Source: Balanoglossus misakiensis
Taxonomy: Eukaryota > Animalia > Hemichordata
Reading direction: 5' to 3'
Assembly (NCBI GenBank): GCA_040954595.2
Contig: CM082577.2
Location: forward strand, 6,064,301-6,128,300
Length of the DNA: 64,000 bases
Part shown: piece by piece, positions 1-13,667 of the stretch
Numbering within the stretch: position 1 is the first letter of the stretch
Layout: each line of letters opens with the position of its first letter
Translations under genes and position numbers: made by a program
The notes under the pieces: generated by a model
The model's database searches: none
Seen by the model: only the letters and a program-made list of their open reading frames with translations
What the model was told of the DNA's origin: nothing

Positions 1-3000
1 TTCACCTGTCTTGAGAGTCCGAATCGCCGGAAGTAAAGAATGGAAACTGTCTTGGATTCAGAAAGCATAACATTTAGCATGACGCAAAAGCCAGGAAGTA
101 GGTTAATCTCTGCAAAAATCGGGTGACGTGCGTACATCTCCATTCAATAATCGGAGGCACGTATACAACCAGAAATAAAACAGAAGCTGCTGACACATCG
201 CACTATTGATGCTGTACCTACATTTCTGGTGCGATGACTGTTGTAACTTTTACAGAGACTTTGGTAAAGTCTCTTGAGAAACCAAAGAAATTCATGCATT
301 TAGAGGTCATATTTACTACAGCTGTAAATTTGTAAAACATCGTATAAACAGAGAAGATCAGGCCAAGCGGGACCACATCAAGTAAACAGGATTTATTCCT
401 CATGCGATATCGCTAAAAAGGATCAACAAAAGCATCTAAAAAGATAATCTTTTTCCTCTCAGAAGAGATCTCGCCCATTGTTCGCAAAAATCTCTGGAAA
501 TACCACAAATAATCTGAACAATCACAGCGTGACTGTTAACTGATAGTCGACATATCCTCAAATGAACGAAAGCATCACAACGCCATAAAGGGACTACGGC
601 CGCGACCACGCAATTTGTAATTTAATGTTTGCAACCGCAGAAGAGATTAGACGCGAGCAGACAAAAGAGATGACGTCCACCAGCATTTGTGGCTCAACCA
701 CTCCGAGTACACACGTACACGTAAAAGATTACCGAGATAAGACCACGGCTAACAACATCAGTATTCTCCATCCCACCACTCAGAAGATCTGTATGCATTA
801 TTCCATTTTATCGAATTAGCCGCATCCGTCGGGTTAAAACTTTTGTCGACCTGAGTTATGACGAAGGCATTACAGTCAGAATAAAAGGATACGTCAAGAG
901 ATCCTGCCTTTGCCGTAATCTTCCCATCAAGAAGCGCCATTAGAAATCCATCAGTTTTGTGCATATTTGTTCAAAACAAACTTGCGATGGTTAAAATTGC
1001 TTACACCATGTGTTTGACAAATTTATCCATGCGATGCTTAACACTGGCTAGTTGCCATTTTCTGGCACAACATTCACAAAATGCCCATGGTTGGTCTGAT
1101 GTACAGTCCTATATTTCCTACATATATTGTGACATGCCATCACGTAAATCATGTGACCAGGTATACAGGCCTCAGAGCCAATTATCAACTTTACACTCCG
1201 AAGTGACACGGATCCAGGGAAGTTCTCCCAGCAGCCATCATTCAGAACGACTCATCAGCCTCGGGGTTGCGAAACTTATTTGTAGCAATCGATGCCTGTG
1301 GTGCAACAACACAAGCCAATATTCTATGCACAAACATCTACACCCTGTTTTACAACACCATCACTCTTGCCGTGGCAACACTAATCAGATGTTACATCAG
1401 GTTACTTCATGGTTCAAAAGCTGGACTCTCTCATATTGATCATCATACTACAGGGAGTCTAATATAATGCCGATAACAATGACTTTTAAAAACTATGCCG
1501 CAACCTTCCGGGTTATCATCATTCATCTCTCAAAAATCCCCCATGGTGACAGACTAAACTTCTCCTGCATTTATGCACAATTTCATTTCACAAACTTCTT
1601 TAGAATTCACTGCTTGGCTTATGTAATGAAATACATTCAGAAAGCCCACCCCACCCCAGCTTCTGATTCTGGTACAATCCTATCACTTTCTATGGCACTG
1701 TTAGACTCGCACACAGGTAAATGCGGGGTTAAAGGGTCAATGGTGAATTAATTGGTTTGATACCCCAGGCTATGTCTAGTTGTAATGGCCGGTACAAATC
1801 CATTATATCGTGATTCCCCCGTTAAACGTGAATTATGCTAATCAGGCTGGTTCAGTCACAACAGCAGAGTGTTGGCAGGCAGCACGGCTGTTACTTGTAC
1901 CTGTACACGTGACATATAAATCAGATCTCTCGCCTGATCAAATTGGAAGTGATGAATCCATAGCCTACATTGCATGATTTATTCCAAATTGATCAATCTT
2001 TTCGAGTCCGAATATTGATTTCATTACTCTTTGCGTATCTATACGCTGGTAGACAGTGACAGAAAGGTTACAGCAGTGGGCAAAGCTAAGTTATATTTCA
2101 ATTTTGTATTGCAAGTCTTCAATTCAGAAACATGGCTATGTGTATATGACCCTCGCATTGGCTGGCTGTGTTGATTGAGGTCAGAGTTCAACCAAGAAGC
2201 AATTTCCTTTGAATTCAGGGACATTTCTTCCTCATCAGATATCACGACCAAAGGTGGACGTCGTGCATCAGTCAGGATGCTGCGGCAACTCTAAAGATTT
2301 GTTTCTTTCCTGCTCCTCAAATTGAGAATCACCATTTCATCACTCCCCAATTGAAATTTCAATTTGAGGAACGTGGCTCCAACAGCTGGGCAAGACTTTC
2401 TAGATATAAATAGATTGTCTCCACCTGCAGCACTAAATTACCAAACATTAGTGAACCTACCACACAAGAAATGTTGGGTATATGTGTGAAGTCACTGAAG
2501 CCATAAAAAAAATCCACACTTTTGACTGAAAATCCACCACAAATCAGGTGAGAATACTGCAAAACAACTCCACAATGCAGTAACCCACTGCATTGTGGGA
2601 AGAAACACCCACCCTTCTGCATTGTCGGCAGTTACTGATCACATCTCTCTTAAAAGCAGTGCACTGTGGGAGTGTTTACTATTAAGAAAACCTTTTTAGA
2701 ACCGTTTTTTTTCCAGGAAAACCCCAAGTGAAAATGTCAAATTGCATGTTAAAATTTCCAGGAAGCTAGCCCACTTGAAATTCCTTTGGCATTCAGATCT
2801 TAGCCATCTCCCCTAGTGTTAATCCATTTTTCAGCAGTGCTCTTGTACCAGAATGTGAGGAAGTCACCTTTTGACCCCATGGATCAGAGGAGGATTCACC
2901 AGTTCATGCAGAATCAAGGAAGTCAAGTAGAAAGTGTGTCTTTGTAGGTTTGCTCAAATTTGACTGCAAAAGCATCAACTTAAATACAAACTGCCTCTCA

Positions 3001-3007
3001 AAACAGA

Positions 3008-3101
3008 TTAACCCTTTCACATCCAGTTCCCTCTATAGAGTTCCAACATTACCATAGGAAACAATGGGTTTGGACCAAACCATTGGTGGTGAAAGGGGTA
3101 A
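3008..3101. mobile_element. Tiny (~94 bp) piggyBac-like non-autonomous MITE
   Basis: TTAA-CCCTTTCAC at the left (3008-3020) and GTGAAAGGG-GTAA at the right (3089-3101). This gives a 9-bp perfect terminal inverted repeat starting CCC, flanked by TTAA and a one-mismatch TTAA, which is the piggyBac signature. Confidence 0.6.
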
Positions 3102-6100
3102 TGCAAAATAAGAAGCCTGTCAACGTGGGCAACAATTTTCGGCTATTGTCTACACCTGTGAAAAAATGGCATGGCCTGCTGCCATGGCTGCAGTGTACAG
3201 AAATTTGACAATATCTCAAGGAAAATATTCATGAAGGATGGACTGAGCTGACCGAAGGGGTATCTAGCAGTTTATGGAACAGACAATTTCTTGGAATATT
3301 TCAAGAAGCAGATCTGAGAATTTTATTATCCAGCTCTACGAATGTAATATTAATGCAATACAAATCAAATGACAGTGCACTATCTTTAATAGCATTGGGA
3401 AAATATGCAAATTACTTCAGGCAAACAGTCATAATCCAGTGGAAAATATATCACCGAGGACATTTTATGATGGAGAGCTATTCTGGGACAAATATTAATT
3501 TCAAAAGTTTCACCAGCGATAATGGAAATTTACGGCGCATCATTGATAACTCTGCCGGGTGAAATCCAGCGGGCAGGCTGAGTTATTTGTTTACCTCAGG
3601 GGTAGTGTCATTGAATGAACAGCGGAAAAAGGGACACAGAAGGTGACGTCAAACTATAGAAAGTAAACTGGAAATGTGTGTGGGGGCGATAACTTTTACA
3701 TCATATTTCCGTTCTAGTAAACAAGCTATAGTGTTTGATGCTTGCTAAAAGTGTGGGCGGAAACCTCGGGTACATAACATGTACATGTACTGGGGGTATA
3801 CCGTCCTAAATAATTTGCAAATGTGACTTGGTTTCACAGAAATGCTTTACGGAGCAGTGATCTAGTTAAAATTGAAATTTTAACTGCATGGACAAATAAA
3901 CTGAAAATTAATTCATCCTTTCAAATGTGCTACAGATCACTGGTTCTGCTTTACATGTAATCAATTTTACTGATAAAAAAAAATTCACTGGTTGAATTAG
4001 TTTTAATTAGTTCCTCTGTATACAGACTAATTTAAAGCTAAATAGGCAAATGCATTACGAAGTTGTCAAAAAAAAGGATGACATATTTGATGGCCTTCTT
4101 TAAAGCTACTGTAATCTCTGGCCTGCTGCCATGGAAACCAATCCTGTCAGATCATGTCCAACAGTCGTCTATTAATAGAATCTATCTGGGACTTTCAAAA
4201 GTGGATTTAAAATATGAATAGTGAGTTGGTTTCCGGTTAATTTCCCCCCATCTTGCAAACGCTTGGTATTTAGCAATATTACATCTGTCGTGTCGCTGAC
4301 TACCCGCTTTCACCTTTTGACATTGTGCGTTATTTATTGAAAGGAATCTTTTATAGCTACTCTGTCTGTTTTATTTCAATGCATCACAATATGCTCTCGC
4401 TAATGTTACCGTTGGCCTCTGATCACGGACAAGCAGGATGGCACTCACACCATCTTCACTGCACAGACTGATCAAAATAAAATGTTAAACGTAAAACCAG
4501 CTTGCGTATGTGGAGATATACATGTATCAATAACAGTGTGAACGACCGCAGCTCAAATCGTATCGGTAAACTTTTGAAAGACCGATGATGATGATGGTGA
4601 GGATGAGAGGACAACGGCAGGAAAGCCAATTCCTTCAATATTAGAAGTTAAATTCTTTGAAATGACATATAACCAATAACAAGGTTTTTTAGACTTGGGC
4701 TTCAAATGTCTAGTTGTGAGTAAAGTTACCACACAGCTACTCAATTATTATTTATATAAATATATGATATCATGTTTACATCATCTTCGTTATTTTCAAT
4801 GAGAAATTATGCATGTATAGTAACATGCAGTGCCCCCCAGGACAGACCATCATGCATCTTTCCCCAACAATTGACAAAACAACTAAACAAGGCTGAACAT
4901 GTATTATTAAAAAGTAGAACTACCTGCACCTGGGTTTCATAAAGAAACACTAAATGGCTGGAAAGTTGCCATAAAAGTATGAATAGCCTGCTAGTTTCCA
5001 CTGGCAACCAAATTGGAAATAAAGATTGTTTTCTCAAGGCAAACGCCGACAAGTGCCCTCAGAGTACTCCAATAAATTGAACTCAGTGACTTTTTTCCCA
5101 TCACGATATCATATCAGCATTTGAAATCAGGACATCCTTCACTGCTAATGTCTTGCGTGCATGCCTGTGTCATTATCAATATTTGCAAATCCATTCTTTG
5201 GTCATCAGAGAAAATCTGATAAAATTCCTTTCTGGGAAATATCGATCGAACGAATTGATTTCATTCCAGACAGAGAGATTTACTCCTTCCTTCTCCTCCT
5301 CACGTTACTGAGCATGCTCAGATGAACCAATCTTGGCGAGCGCGCTCAGATGAGACAAGTCATCGGTGATGACACAGTCCCCACAGATCATGGCGTATTT
5401 GGGGATGATGTGATAAAAGAGTATGGCTTATAACAAAATCCAGAATCGTTACCTCACACTACAGTGACCATGGTCACTCCACAATGTCGGGGGTCATCAC
5501 CCTTGTGGAGAGACCGCGGCCAAAAAGAAAGACTTTACCTTGGAATGTCAATTTCACAGAGAAGCTACTTTCTATGGTCCATCGGTGCCAAACAAACTCT
5601 GCTCTCACACCTGTCTAGGCTCTCGTGACACAAACATGTATCAATACTCTTTCGTACTACCGCGTACCCTAACTTGAGACACACTGGGGACAGATTTGCT
5701 CACCGCATGCAAAAGAAAGAACAACCACAGGGACGCAATAGCTGCTAGCCTTTATGATACTTAATTATTACTTGAAATGCCCTATCGAGGTGGCGACGTG
5801 ACATTGATGAAACCTCACAGGCTTCCTTCAATTCGCAAACACTCGTTCACTTTGTCACGTGCTCAATGGCTGACAGTGTCTCTACTGAATGGTGTTTATT
5901 TTCAAGGGTGACGCGCAATGAAAAGTATACAGAAAGAGCTCCTCGGTTTTCAGTAATAACCATGGAAACCAATGCCATCCTTCTGATGCCTGACTGTGTC
6001 TGGGCTGTGCGGGCATGAATTCAGGTTCAACTGCAAAGCTGACTTGATGAAAATAAACCTTTATTTTAAAGGGGTGTGTCATTGTAAGTGTTCATAATGA

Positions 6101-7588
6101 GTGTGTCTGCTAATGTAGTGATATAGAGTCTGCCTAAGCAGTTAGTGAAGCATTTAATTGCACGATGTTTTCGTTTCATATCTGTATTGAGTGCAAAGAT
6201 CTCCGCATTTGCCTTCAACAAGCCCAGTATCTGATTTTTATCATGGCTTGCTGATTATGTTTTCCTCGTGATGATAACACAAATGTCAAAATTGAAAAGG
6301 TGTGCATTTGAGATGGCTTTTTACGAAGAACTGTTGGAAAATATCTGATATTGAAATATGTGAAACGACAGCTCCCTCAACTCACTATAAAACTGAAAAT
6401 TTTAATGAAAACCTCCTTTGAACTTTAATAACATATCTTCAATATTAATAAATAGATCTGATAATGTAAAACGTTGAGAAAACATTGTCTGGAATGCCAA
6501 ATTGGAATTTTAATTGGTTGCCATTGGCTACCCAAGTACAGAAGGTTAATTTATTACTTATAACAAGCATTCCTCTGTCATATTTTTTAAATAACCCTCA
6601 TCATGATGGACTCACAAACCATTATACTGTCAGTGATACCTACAAAAATGTGTTTAAAATTTAAACTGAGGAATGATAGTCATTTTAGGCCCATTGTGTA
6701 ATATTAACATTTTTTAATTAATTGGGAGATGGTATGCCAGATACCGGAGGTAATCTTTCATATATGCTAGAATTGTCAGGAATTTGTGAGTAATGCACGC
6801 TAGTTGAAGTCACGATTGCAATACATCAAAATTCACAGGAGGAATTTCTCCTCTGTTGGCAATACACAGAAGACAAAATATAATTGAGTTATATATCACA
6901 TTGCAAAAGGTACTTAGTGACCTATAAGAGCTTCCAATTTGCCTTTTCGCCATATAATTACACTGAGAATTGCCAGAAAACATATTATTGTCGTTTTCAC
7001 GAAAGTTTGCATATAGTCAAAACCAATTAAATTCAGTGACTGAATAATGTCGTGGTCACCATGCTTAATTTTGATATAAAAACCTGAATGTTTTCAACCC
7101 ATAAAAAAAAATATGGTGAAAAAAATGCTGAGTCAGCAGTTTTAGGTTGGGGACCAGCCAACTTAACGACACGGTCAATCTGGAAACACTTTTTCAAGTT
7201 CTCCATGAAATCCTCTGACATAGCCCAACTTGAAACCTGAATACATTCGCTACTCCCGCGCCACAGGAAGTGAACACTTACAAAAACTATGTTGAATAAC
7301 ACTATCCTATTCTTGCATCTATTCTTGGCAATTGCTTCTAACACACCTATAAATTTTTAATTGCAGGATCACAGGTTTTAATATCTCCTCAGACATGACG
7401 ACCATTGTCACGAATGAACAAACCCAGGTGCAACAAACAGGGTGACCCAACAATACAGAAAATATGTAAATTCATGCCAAACCCATACATTCAATTCATA
7501 CTCAACTTCTTTCAATACCAGTCACATACATTTAAAAAAAATACGGAAATTTGATGAAAAGATACCCTCTTCATAAAAACTATTGACA

Positions 7589-7663
7589 TAGGAATTTCCA
7601 ACAAACATTCCTATATTAAAGGTAGGAATTTCCAACAAACATTCCTATTAAAGGTAGAAATTC
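7589..7663. repeat. Local tandem duplication, unit ~32-34 bp, ~2.3 copies
   Basis: TAGGAATTTCCAACAAACATTCCTAT(AT)TAAAGG occurs twice head-to-tail, followed by a partial third copy TAGAAATTC. Confidence 0.85.
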
Positions 7664-9393
7664 TTGTGCCACCTGAAGGGAAGTAAGTAGTTACAATTGC
7701 CAGAAACGATCACCGATAACAAAGAATTCCCATTGTTCCACTTTCCACGTCCGCTTAAAGTTAAACAATGACAACAAACACATGTACCAGACCTTTTCTA
7801 TGGCGCTGTGTTCACCTCTTTCACCAAATTCGGTCTGATTAGCGTAAACCTGTCAGATTTTCAAAGCTGTGTCTTTCATGTATGAATACATTGAGCCAAT
7901 TCCTCAATAATATGACAAATTTCACAGACTGAGTTAATGACCTCCTAATTTTTTTCTTTCAAGCAATGACCTCCTAATTAAACACAGAAATATAAACAGG
8001 CATTGAATTTCTTTTCTTTTTGTTTTATTTTCTGAAAGGTTCTGACTTATCAGTCACAGAGATAAAGAGAACACTGATGACGATTTATTTAGTTTACTGC
8101 ATGTACCAGCTGTGCTTTTTACATTTTATGTACAACTAAAATACAAACATGATAAACTCTTATCGACTAATTTATTAACAAATATACTCGAAATTGTATG
8201 CATTTACGTATCTATATCTTATTGTTCATTAAAGAGATTAATACTGAATGTTATTTATTAATGGTAAGTAATGGTGTCTCTTGACACCAATACATCATCT
8301 TTCAACAATTGAAATTTATTCATAAATTGTGAGAAATTATTATCAGTTGACGATAGCAAAGTAACAGTGGTATGATAACTGTTAATGTCCCAATATTATA
8401 TAGGTAACCTCATTTCACCGATGGAAAAAAATTCAACCCTATTGATCATAAGTTAAACTTCTATTTCAATGGGGATGTGAACTTGTGGAAGAAAGTTCAC
8501 CCACCCCCCAAAAATATAAATTGGCAAATAGAAACTCAAAAAGGTCTGTTTGTTTGACATAGATATTAGCCTATATATTTTCACTATTTGTATACTGTCT
8601 CCATATCACTCACTATCTGCACACTCTTTGTTCAACCCGGTTTCATTAAACAGGCTTATTTAATTAAATCTTTCTTATCAAACCAGAGGTGTTTTTTCAC
8701 TGTAATTCACACTCCAAAGCAAATTTTGACTGGCAATGATATCATAAAATCCCCTTGTTTCTTATTTTTCTAGACAACAGGCAGTTTTGCCAGAGTTTGT
8801 GAGTTAGTGGTAATTTAAACACCCATACATCAACGTCCCCTGGGTGCTGGGACAAGTGTTAGATTTATACAGCTCTCCCACTGCATACCTCCCTGAATAA
8901 ATATATGATCGTTCTGAATTTATGTTCAATACATACTGGTGGGAAAAATGTGCCATTGAGATTGATTTGCCCGTATCAGCGAGTGAGACTACGTGCGACC
9001 GAACGTGTAGATTGCATATTGAGTACCCGCAACATCGACAACACGTCAGGTGAAATTATTGTTTACGAATTTTCGGCTCGTATTTACCCAGGCATTCAAA
9101 CGGGTATGCACTACGTTTGAATCGGTGTTGTTTACATTTTTTATCTGGTCGGATATGTTTCTACCGCAGGACTTATCCTGCTGAATTAAAAAAACACCGA
9201 CGGCTTTTTGCGTGTTCAAACGAATAAATGCTACTCAAATAAATATTGAACTCAGAACTGCGTACGATGTAATTATTCAATCAATCACTTGCCGTGGTGA
9301 TGCATTTACTGCAATATTACAACAAGCGCAAAGGCAAGTTCCCTCAAGCTGAGAGACCAAACAAAAATAAAAACCAAGTCAATGATTTCTCAC

Positions 9394-9504
9394 CCTAAAA
9401 TCGATGCCAACAGTCGAAATAAAACTTCCTGACAAAAATGCTCCGTCTTTGAATCGTACCAACAGGCACGTTTTGCCAACTCCAGAATCGCCAATCAACA
9501 TAAC
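9394..9504 (-). CDS. RAB26/37: Rab26/37 GTPase, proximal-isoform exon 2 (P-loop and switch I; canonical Rab26 type)
   Basis: 111 nt, phase 0/0, acceptor ttgTAG and donor GTGAGA. Translates [37 protein letters not shown], with the G1 motif GDSGVGKT and RabF1-like VGIDF. Nearly identical to vertebrate RAB26 as recalled. Confidence 0.95.
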
Positions 9505-9681
9505 CTACAATATTAACGAAAATAGCGAATTAGAACTCTGACAAAGGGAATGGATACACGCATCCACAAAAGTAAGTCCACGTTGACAGTCTTGGGTTCA
9601 AGTTTGTTTTGACTGTGTGTTAACATATGAATCAAATGTAAACATGGGCCCAGCCAGCTGATTACTATGAGCCCATCCTAC

Positions 9682-9750
9682 CTTGCAGGCGAAATCATAA
9701 AATTCGCTATTCAAGCTACCGCCGCGAATTATTCCATTGGCTGACGACAT
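9682..9750 (-). CDS. RAB26/37: Rab26/37 proximal-isoform first coding exon
   Basis: ATG at 9750, 69 nt, MSSANGIIRGGSLNSEFYDFACK, ending AAG|GTAGGA in phase 0. FYDFACK resembles FYDVAFK of RAB26 at the same intron position. A 177-nt intron separates it from the 9504 exon. Confidence 0.88.
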
Positions 9751-9894
9751 GATGCTTGCACAGTCTCGGCACGGAAACCGAGTGTAAAATCCTGTCAAAT
9801 CCAATAATCACTGGGTAGGCTCCTACTTCTTTTGAGTCGAAAAACAGTTAAACATAGCTCGCTCCTCGTCCGTCCATCGCTGGCAACCAGCACA

Positions 9895-9935
9895 GGTAAA
9901 CCAAAATGGCGGAGGTAATCATGACGTCATAAACT
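9895..9935 (-). promoter_or_regulatory. Probable proximal promoter of Rab26/37
   Basis: YY1-like CAAAATGGCGG (9902-9912) and a perfect CRE TGACGTCA (9922-9929) lie 150-180 bp upstream of the ATG at 9750, in CpG-retaining sequence. Confidence 0.5.
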
Positions 9936-12344
9936 TACTTGGAAAAGTTCATTATATTTCTAGGGAAGGCTGCATTCCATACCGTTATGTACGTGCGGGA
10001 GCAGCTTGCATTGTTTAATTTCACATGTTGGCGGAAATTACCAACACTTCGGGGCTACATTTTTATAAGACATTTGAATGCAAAGTCCACTTTCCACTCG
10101 AACATTAGTAATTTACGTGAACATTTTGGAGAATAAGAACAACGCAAACATTAAGTTTATGACGCCAACCCTGAGGGCGCTAAACAGAAAGTAACCGAAA
10201 TGTTCATTGCTTTCGATACATCACCATTGCTGTCTTTGAAAATATATCAGTCTCCCATATAAATCTTTCTACACATGCACGCCCCAGAGTGTGACGCTCC
10301 TAAACATTCTAAGACATGGTCGATGCTGTAGTAAGAATGATAAAAAATGTAGAAAAGTGAATTATTGATATCCAACGCCGGACGCATATTTTTTTATGAA
10401 TACGTGGAATGTGTTTTTTTACTGAGGGTATTAAAGATTCGCGTTAAAATCTTAATGTCAAACCAATTTTTCGCGTCAGAAACTTAATGTCGGAAAAGCA
10501 CATAATTTCAATCCTATAATGTATACAGTTGCAATATACTGGACGCCAATGATATGACGTCGTGGGTAGACTCAAGGAGAAACAGAATTATGGGCTGCGA
10601 CATATCAAACAGATATGTCAAACCTTGTCGACATTCAGACGTCCGTGAATATTTATGCTGGCGAACCCTAAGTGCGATGTAATGCCAGAGTCTGCAGAAT
10701 CGGTTGAAAAGTTATAAGACTTATTACTGAACGATGGTGACTGGAACGACATGATGTCATCAACTATTATTCTGTTTTCGTAATAATATGAATGGTCTTT
10801 TTAATGGGGAGAAAGTTGTAGCTTCTGATATTTTGATGTCAATAATTGTGACTGTTGCTAGGCACCGTACCGCCACGCCCTCCATCCGGGACCCCACCCC
10901 TCCACTGATACAAATCTTATCACAGTAAGGTATACGTACTCATCACTACCTAGCTAATCTCCACAGTTATGTGTCAGGAATGTTTTGTGAGGAGATTAAC
11001 CAAATGTCCAGACCAGACGTTATGCGAAGTGGCCACATTTTAAGAACAAAAGCTGTACAGTTCTCTTTAATTAATCCTCCTTGAAATCCACATTTCCTCT
11101 TGAGGAGTGACGAGAATACTCATTGTGGATAAAAGGGGGTATGCTGTGTGAAGAATCAGATACGTGTACTGCTCAATCTCTCTCACTGTATCACACGACT
11201 TTGCTGGGATATATACCGCCACCAATCTTCTGTCCGTCACTTCACAAGCGTCTAATGAAAATCTTGTTCTTAGCGGAGACTGGCAGGTGTACTCGACGCA
11301 CAAAGGCGTCAGCCAACTTATTCATGCCCAGATATAAACACGGCAATTTACCACAGTCATCACTGGACACTAATAAAGAATGGCAGATAAACCACACAGA
11401 CAGAAATAATTTCTCTTTTCTGCGGCCGTACCGTTCAGGAAGGCGGCAACGACAGGAGAACAATTGGTATACTGCCGTTGAATTCCGGTGTGGAAAGCAC
11501 CGCTACTCAAACGCTTTCAACCTGAAATTATTCTTGCGGGTACTGGCATAAACCGCGACACGTATTGGCGTGTGTGCATGCATGCATATATACCGCATCG
11601 TACATTCGCCGTGACAAGAATCTAATTGAATATACGTGTCTCAGAATAAAGATCGAGATCCTAAAATAAGTAATAGAGGTTTCGGAGCCCAAACATACTA
11701 TGCAATTACTGTAGATATTAGTTATCTTCCATTTATAGGCGTAAATGCATGTCTTACAACAAAAGATTGTTTCATTGCCCGAATTTACACATAAAGTCTG
11801 GAGAGAAATTATTGCAAAAACGACAAACTTTTTTTTTATTCAAAACACCACAGAGGGCGCTACTAACATCGCAAGACTAGTATGGCGCGAGCTTGTGGTT
11901 GATGTGACAAGATAACGCAGTCTTGAATAATAGCCCACGTTCTCGGAATTTAATTGAATGTTGAAAACAAGTCATTATCAGCGGATAATCTTGTTTTTCC
12001 ATTACTCACCATCAGAGTACAATTCTCAACGATTTCTTTCCCCGAAGTCATCAATTGAGTTCCTCAATGATGACGAAATCCAAAGTCCGAAACTGAAGTG
12101 AATGATGACTACCGAGGAGCCGGACACAATGAAATGTTAGATCATCAGGTGTGAAGCTCTCTCCGCATCCGTTCATTTAAAAGTGGAATCGCCTAGCTTT
12201 ATGCGCGGGCAATAAACGGCATGATGTCGACATTGAACTTTTCTCTTTGCAAAACGAATCACCAAAGCCCACCACAAATTGTTTCCTCTCCCCCTCCTAT
12301 CTAGGTGTCAGCAAGACCTTGAGTCTTGAATATTTGAAAGTACT

Positions 12345-12395
12345 CTCACTCACTCACTCACTCACTCACTCACTCACTCACTCACTCACTCACTC
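12345..12395. repeat. (CTCA)n microsatellite
   Basis: About 12 perfect CTCA units. Confidence 0.95.
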
Positions 12396-12642
12396 TCTGT
12401 GTGTCGGCCTGCCTGCCTCTGTCTCTCTCCCCCTTTCTCTCTCCAGATCTGATTCACAACCAACCAACCTCGCCCCAGTACTTCATGCACCAATGCAAAC
12501 TACTTGTGGCGCACACTCGACAAAATACACTCATACGCTTTTCCTAGAATAAGACCGCCACCCGTTATAATAAAAACATGATCCATCGCCCCATTAAACA
12601 TCCTGTCAACTGCAGTTAGAGGTGAAGGATCTCTTTTCTTAC

Positions 12643-12750
12643 TGAGAATCCAATCCCTACGGTGGCCGAGAAGGACCCTGGGAACCGCTTCTGTTCAAAC
12701 TGCACCAGTAGAGACGTTTTGCCAACTCCGCTGTCTCCAACCAGAATTGT
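12643..12750 (-). CDS. RAB26/37: Rab26/37 GTPase, distal-isoform exon 2 (alternative P-loop and switch I)
   Basis: 108 nt, phase 0/0, acceptor tttttttccAG and donor GTAAGA. Translates [36 protein letters not shown]. Matches the alternative human RAB37 N-terminal isoform as recalled ([37 protein letters not shown]). Confidence 0.93.
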
Positions 12751-13667
12751 CTGGAAAAAAGAATAAAACCACAAAAATCACAAATAATTCAGAATTGGCG
12801 TCAGAAAATAAAGTAGGGCAAGGCACCCAGAGAGACGGGTGACGTTACGATCATCATTGAGTAGGCCGACATCATGATGCCCCGAAAGTCCACCTCTATA
12901 TTACCAAATCTTTAATTTGCTTCAAACCTGTCTGATTAAAGGCCTATTTGTATTTAGCAGCTGATTTGGTCTTGGTGCCTCTATAAGAATACACAAAATC
13001 TTCCCTGGGCTAGAATTATTGCCATGGTGACCGAATGAAGTAAATGCAATTGTCGTTCTGACAGCGGTTTATGGCTTGTGGCCGATGCGTTGTTCCGACA
13101 AACGGATTTCGTCTGGCAATGACGGTTTTGTAATGATGTTTAATTTTAGAGCAAAGACGACGAGACTGTGTGGTCGCTCCGGGGAACTCCTTGAGTTTTC
13201 AACAGCGACCTAATACGCAGAGGTTACACATGATCAAATCGCGAACTGTTTCACCATGGTTACGGAATGGACTGCGTCAGCTGCAAAACCCTACATAAAT
13301 TCACTATTAGTTCAATAGATTTCCGCTTTAGCTGAAATTGTCGACGTGTAGCTGTATATCTGAGGAGGAAAATGTTTCTCCTCGCATCGGCTGCATATTC
13401 AAAGGTAAAATGATGGGCCAACTGAGTCGTGTACCTCAGCGGAAGTGACGTCATTGAGATGCGTGTACTATTCTAGGCAAACTGAAAGAAGCGCGAAGGC
13501 CCATTATGCCATTTTATTCTGTACTAATCACCGACCTCGTTATTGCAATGAAGTCATGATCAGGTGCAGCCCCCTCATTCGTGAGCAGAATTCGAAAACT
13601 TTTACTTGTCTTTCTCATGCAACTCACGTTCAAGTATAATATTGTAATAATGGTGAAATAAGCTATT

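Noticed and set aside
957-1751. Cluster of ORFs up to 160 aa at the left end
   Set aside because: No recognisable domain or transposase/RT motif; probably intronic or decayed repeat sequence.
5539-5610. 72-nt minus-strand AG..GT segment as a possible Rab exon 3
   Set aside because: It has a stop in phase 0, a weak pyrimidine tract and no match to the expected NKVV...VKLQ peptide.
11846-11862. CACAGAGGGCGCT as a CTCF site between the two Rab modules
   Set aside because: Only the 3' half fits the consensus, which is too weak to call.
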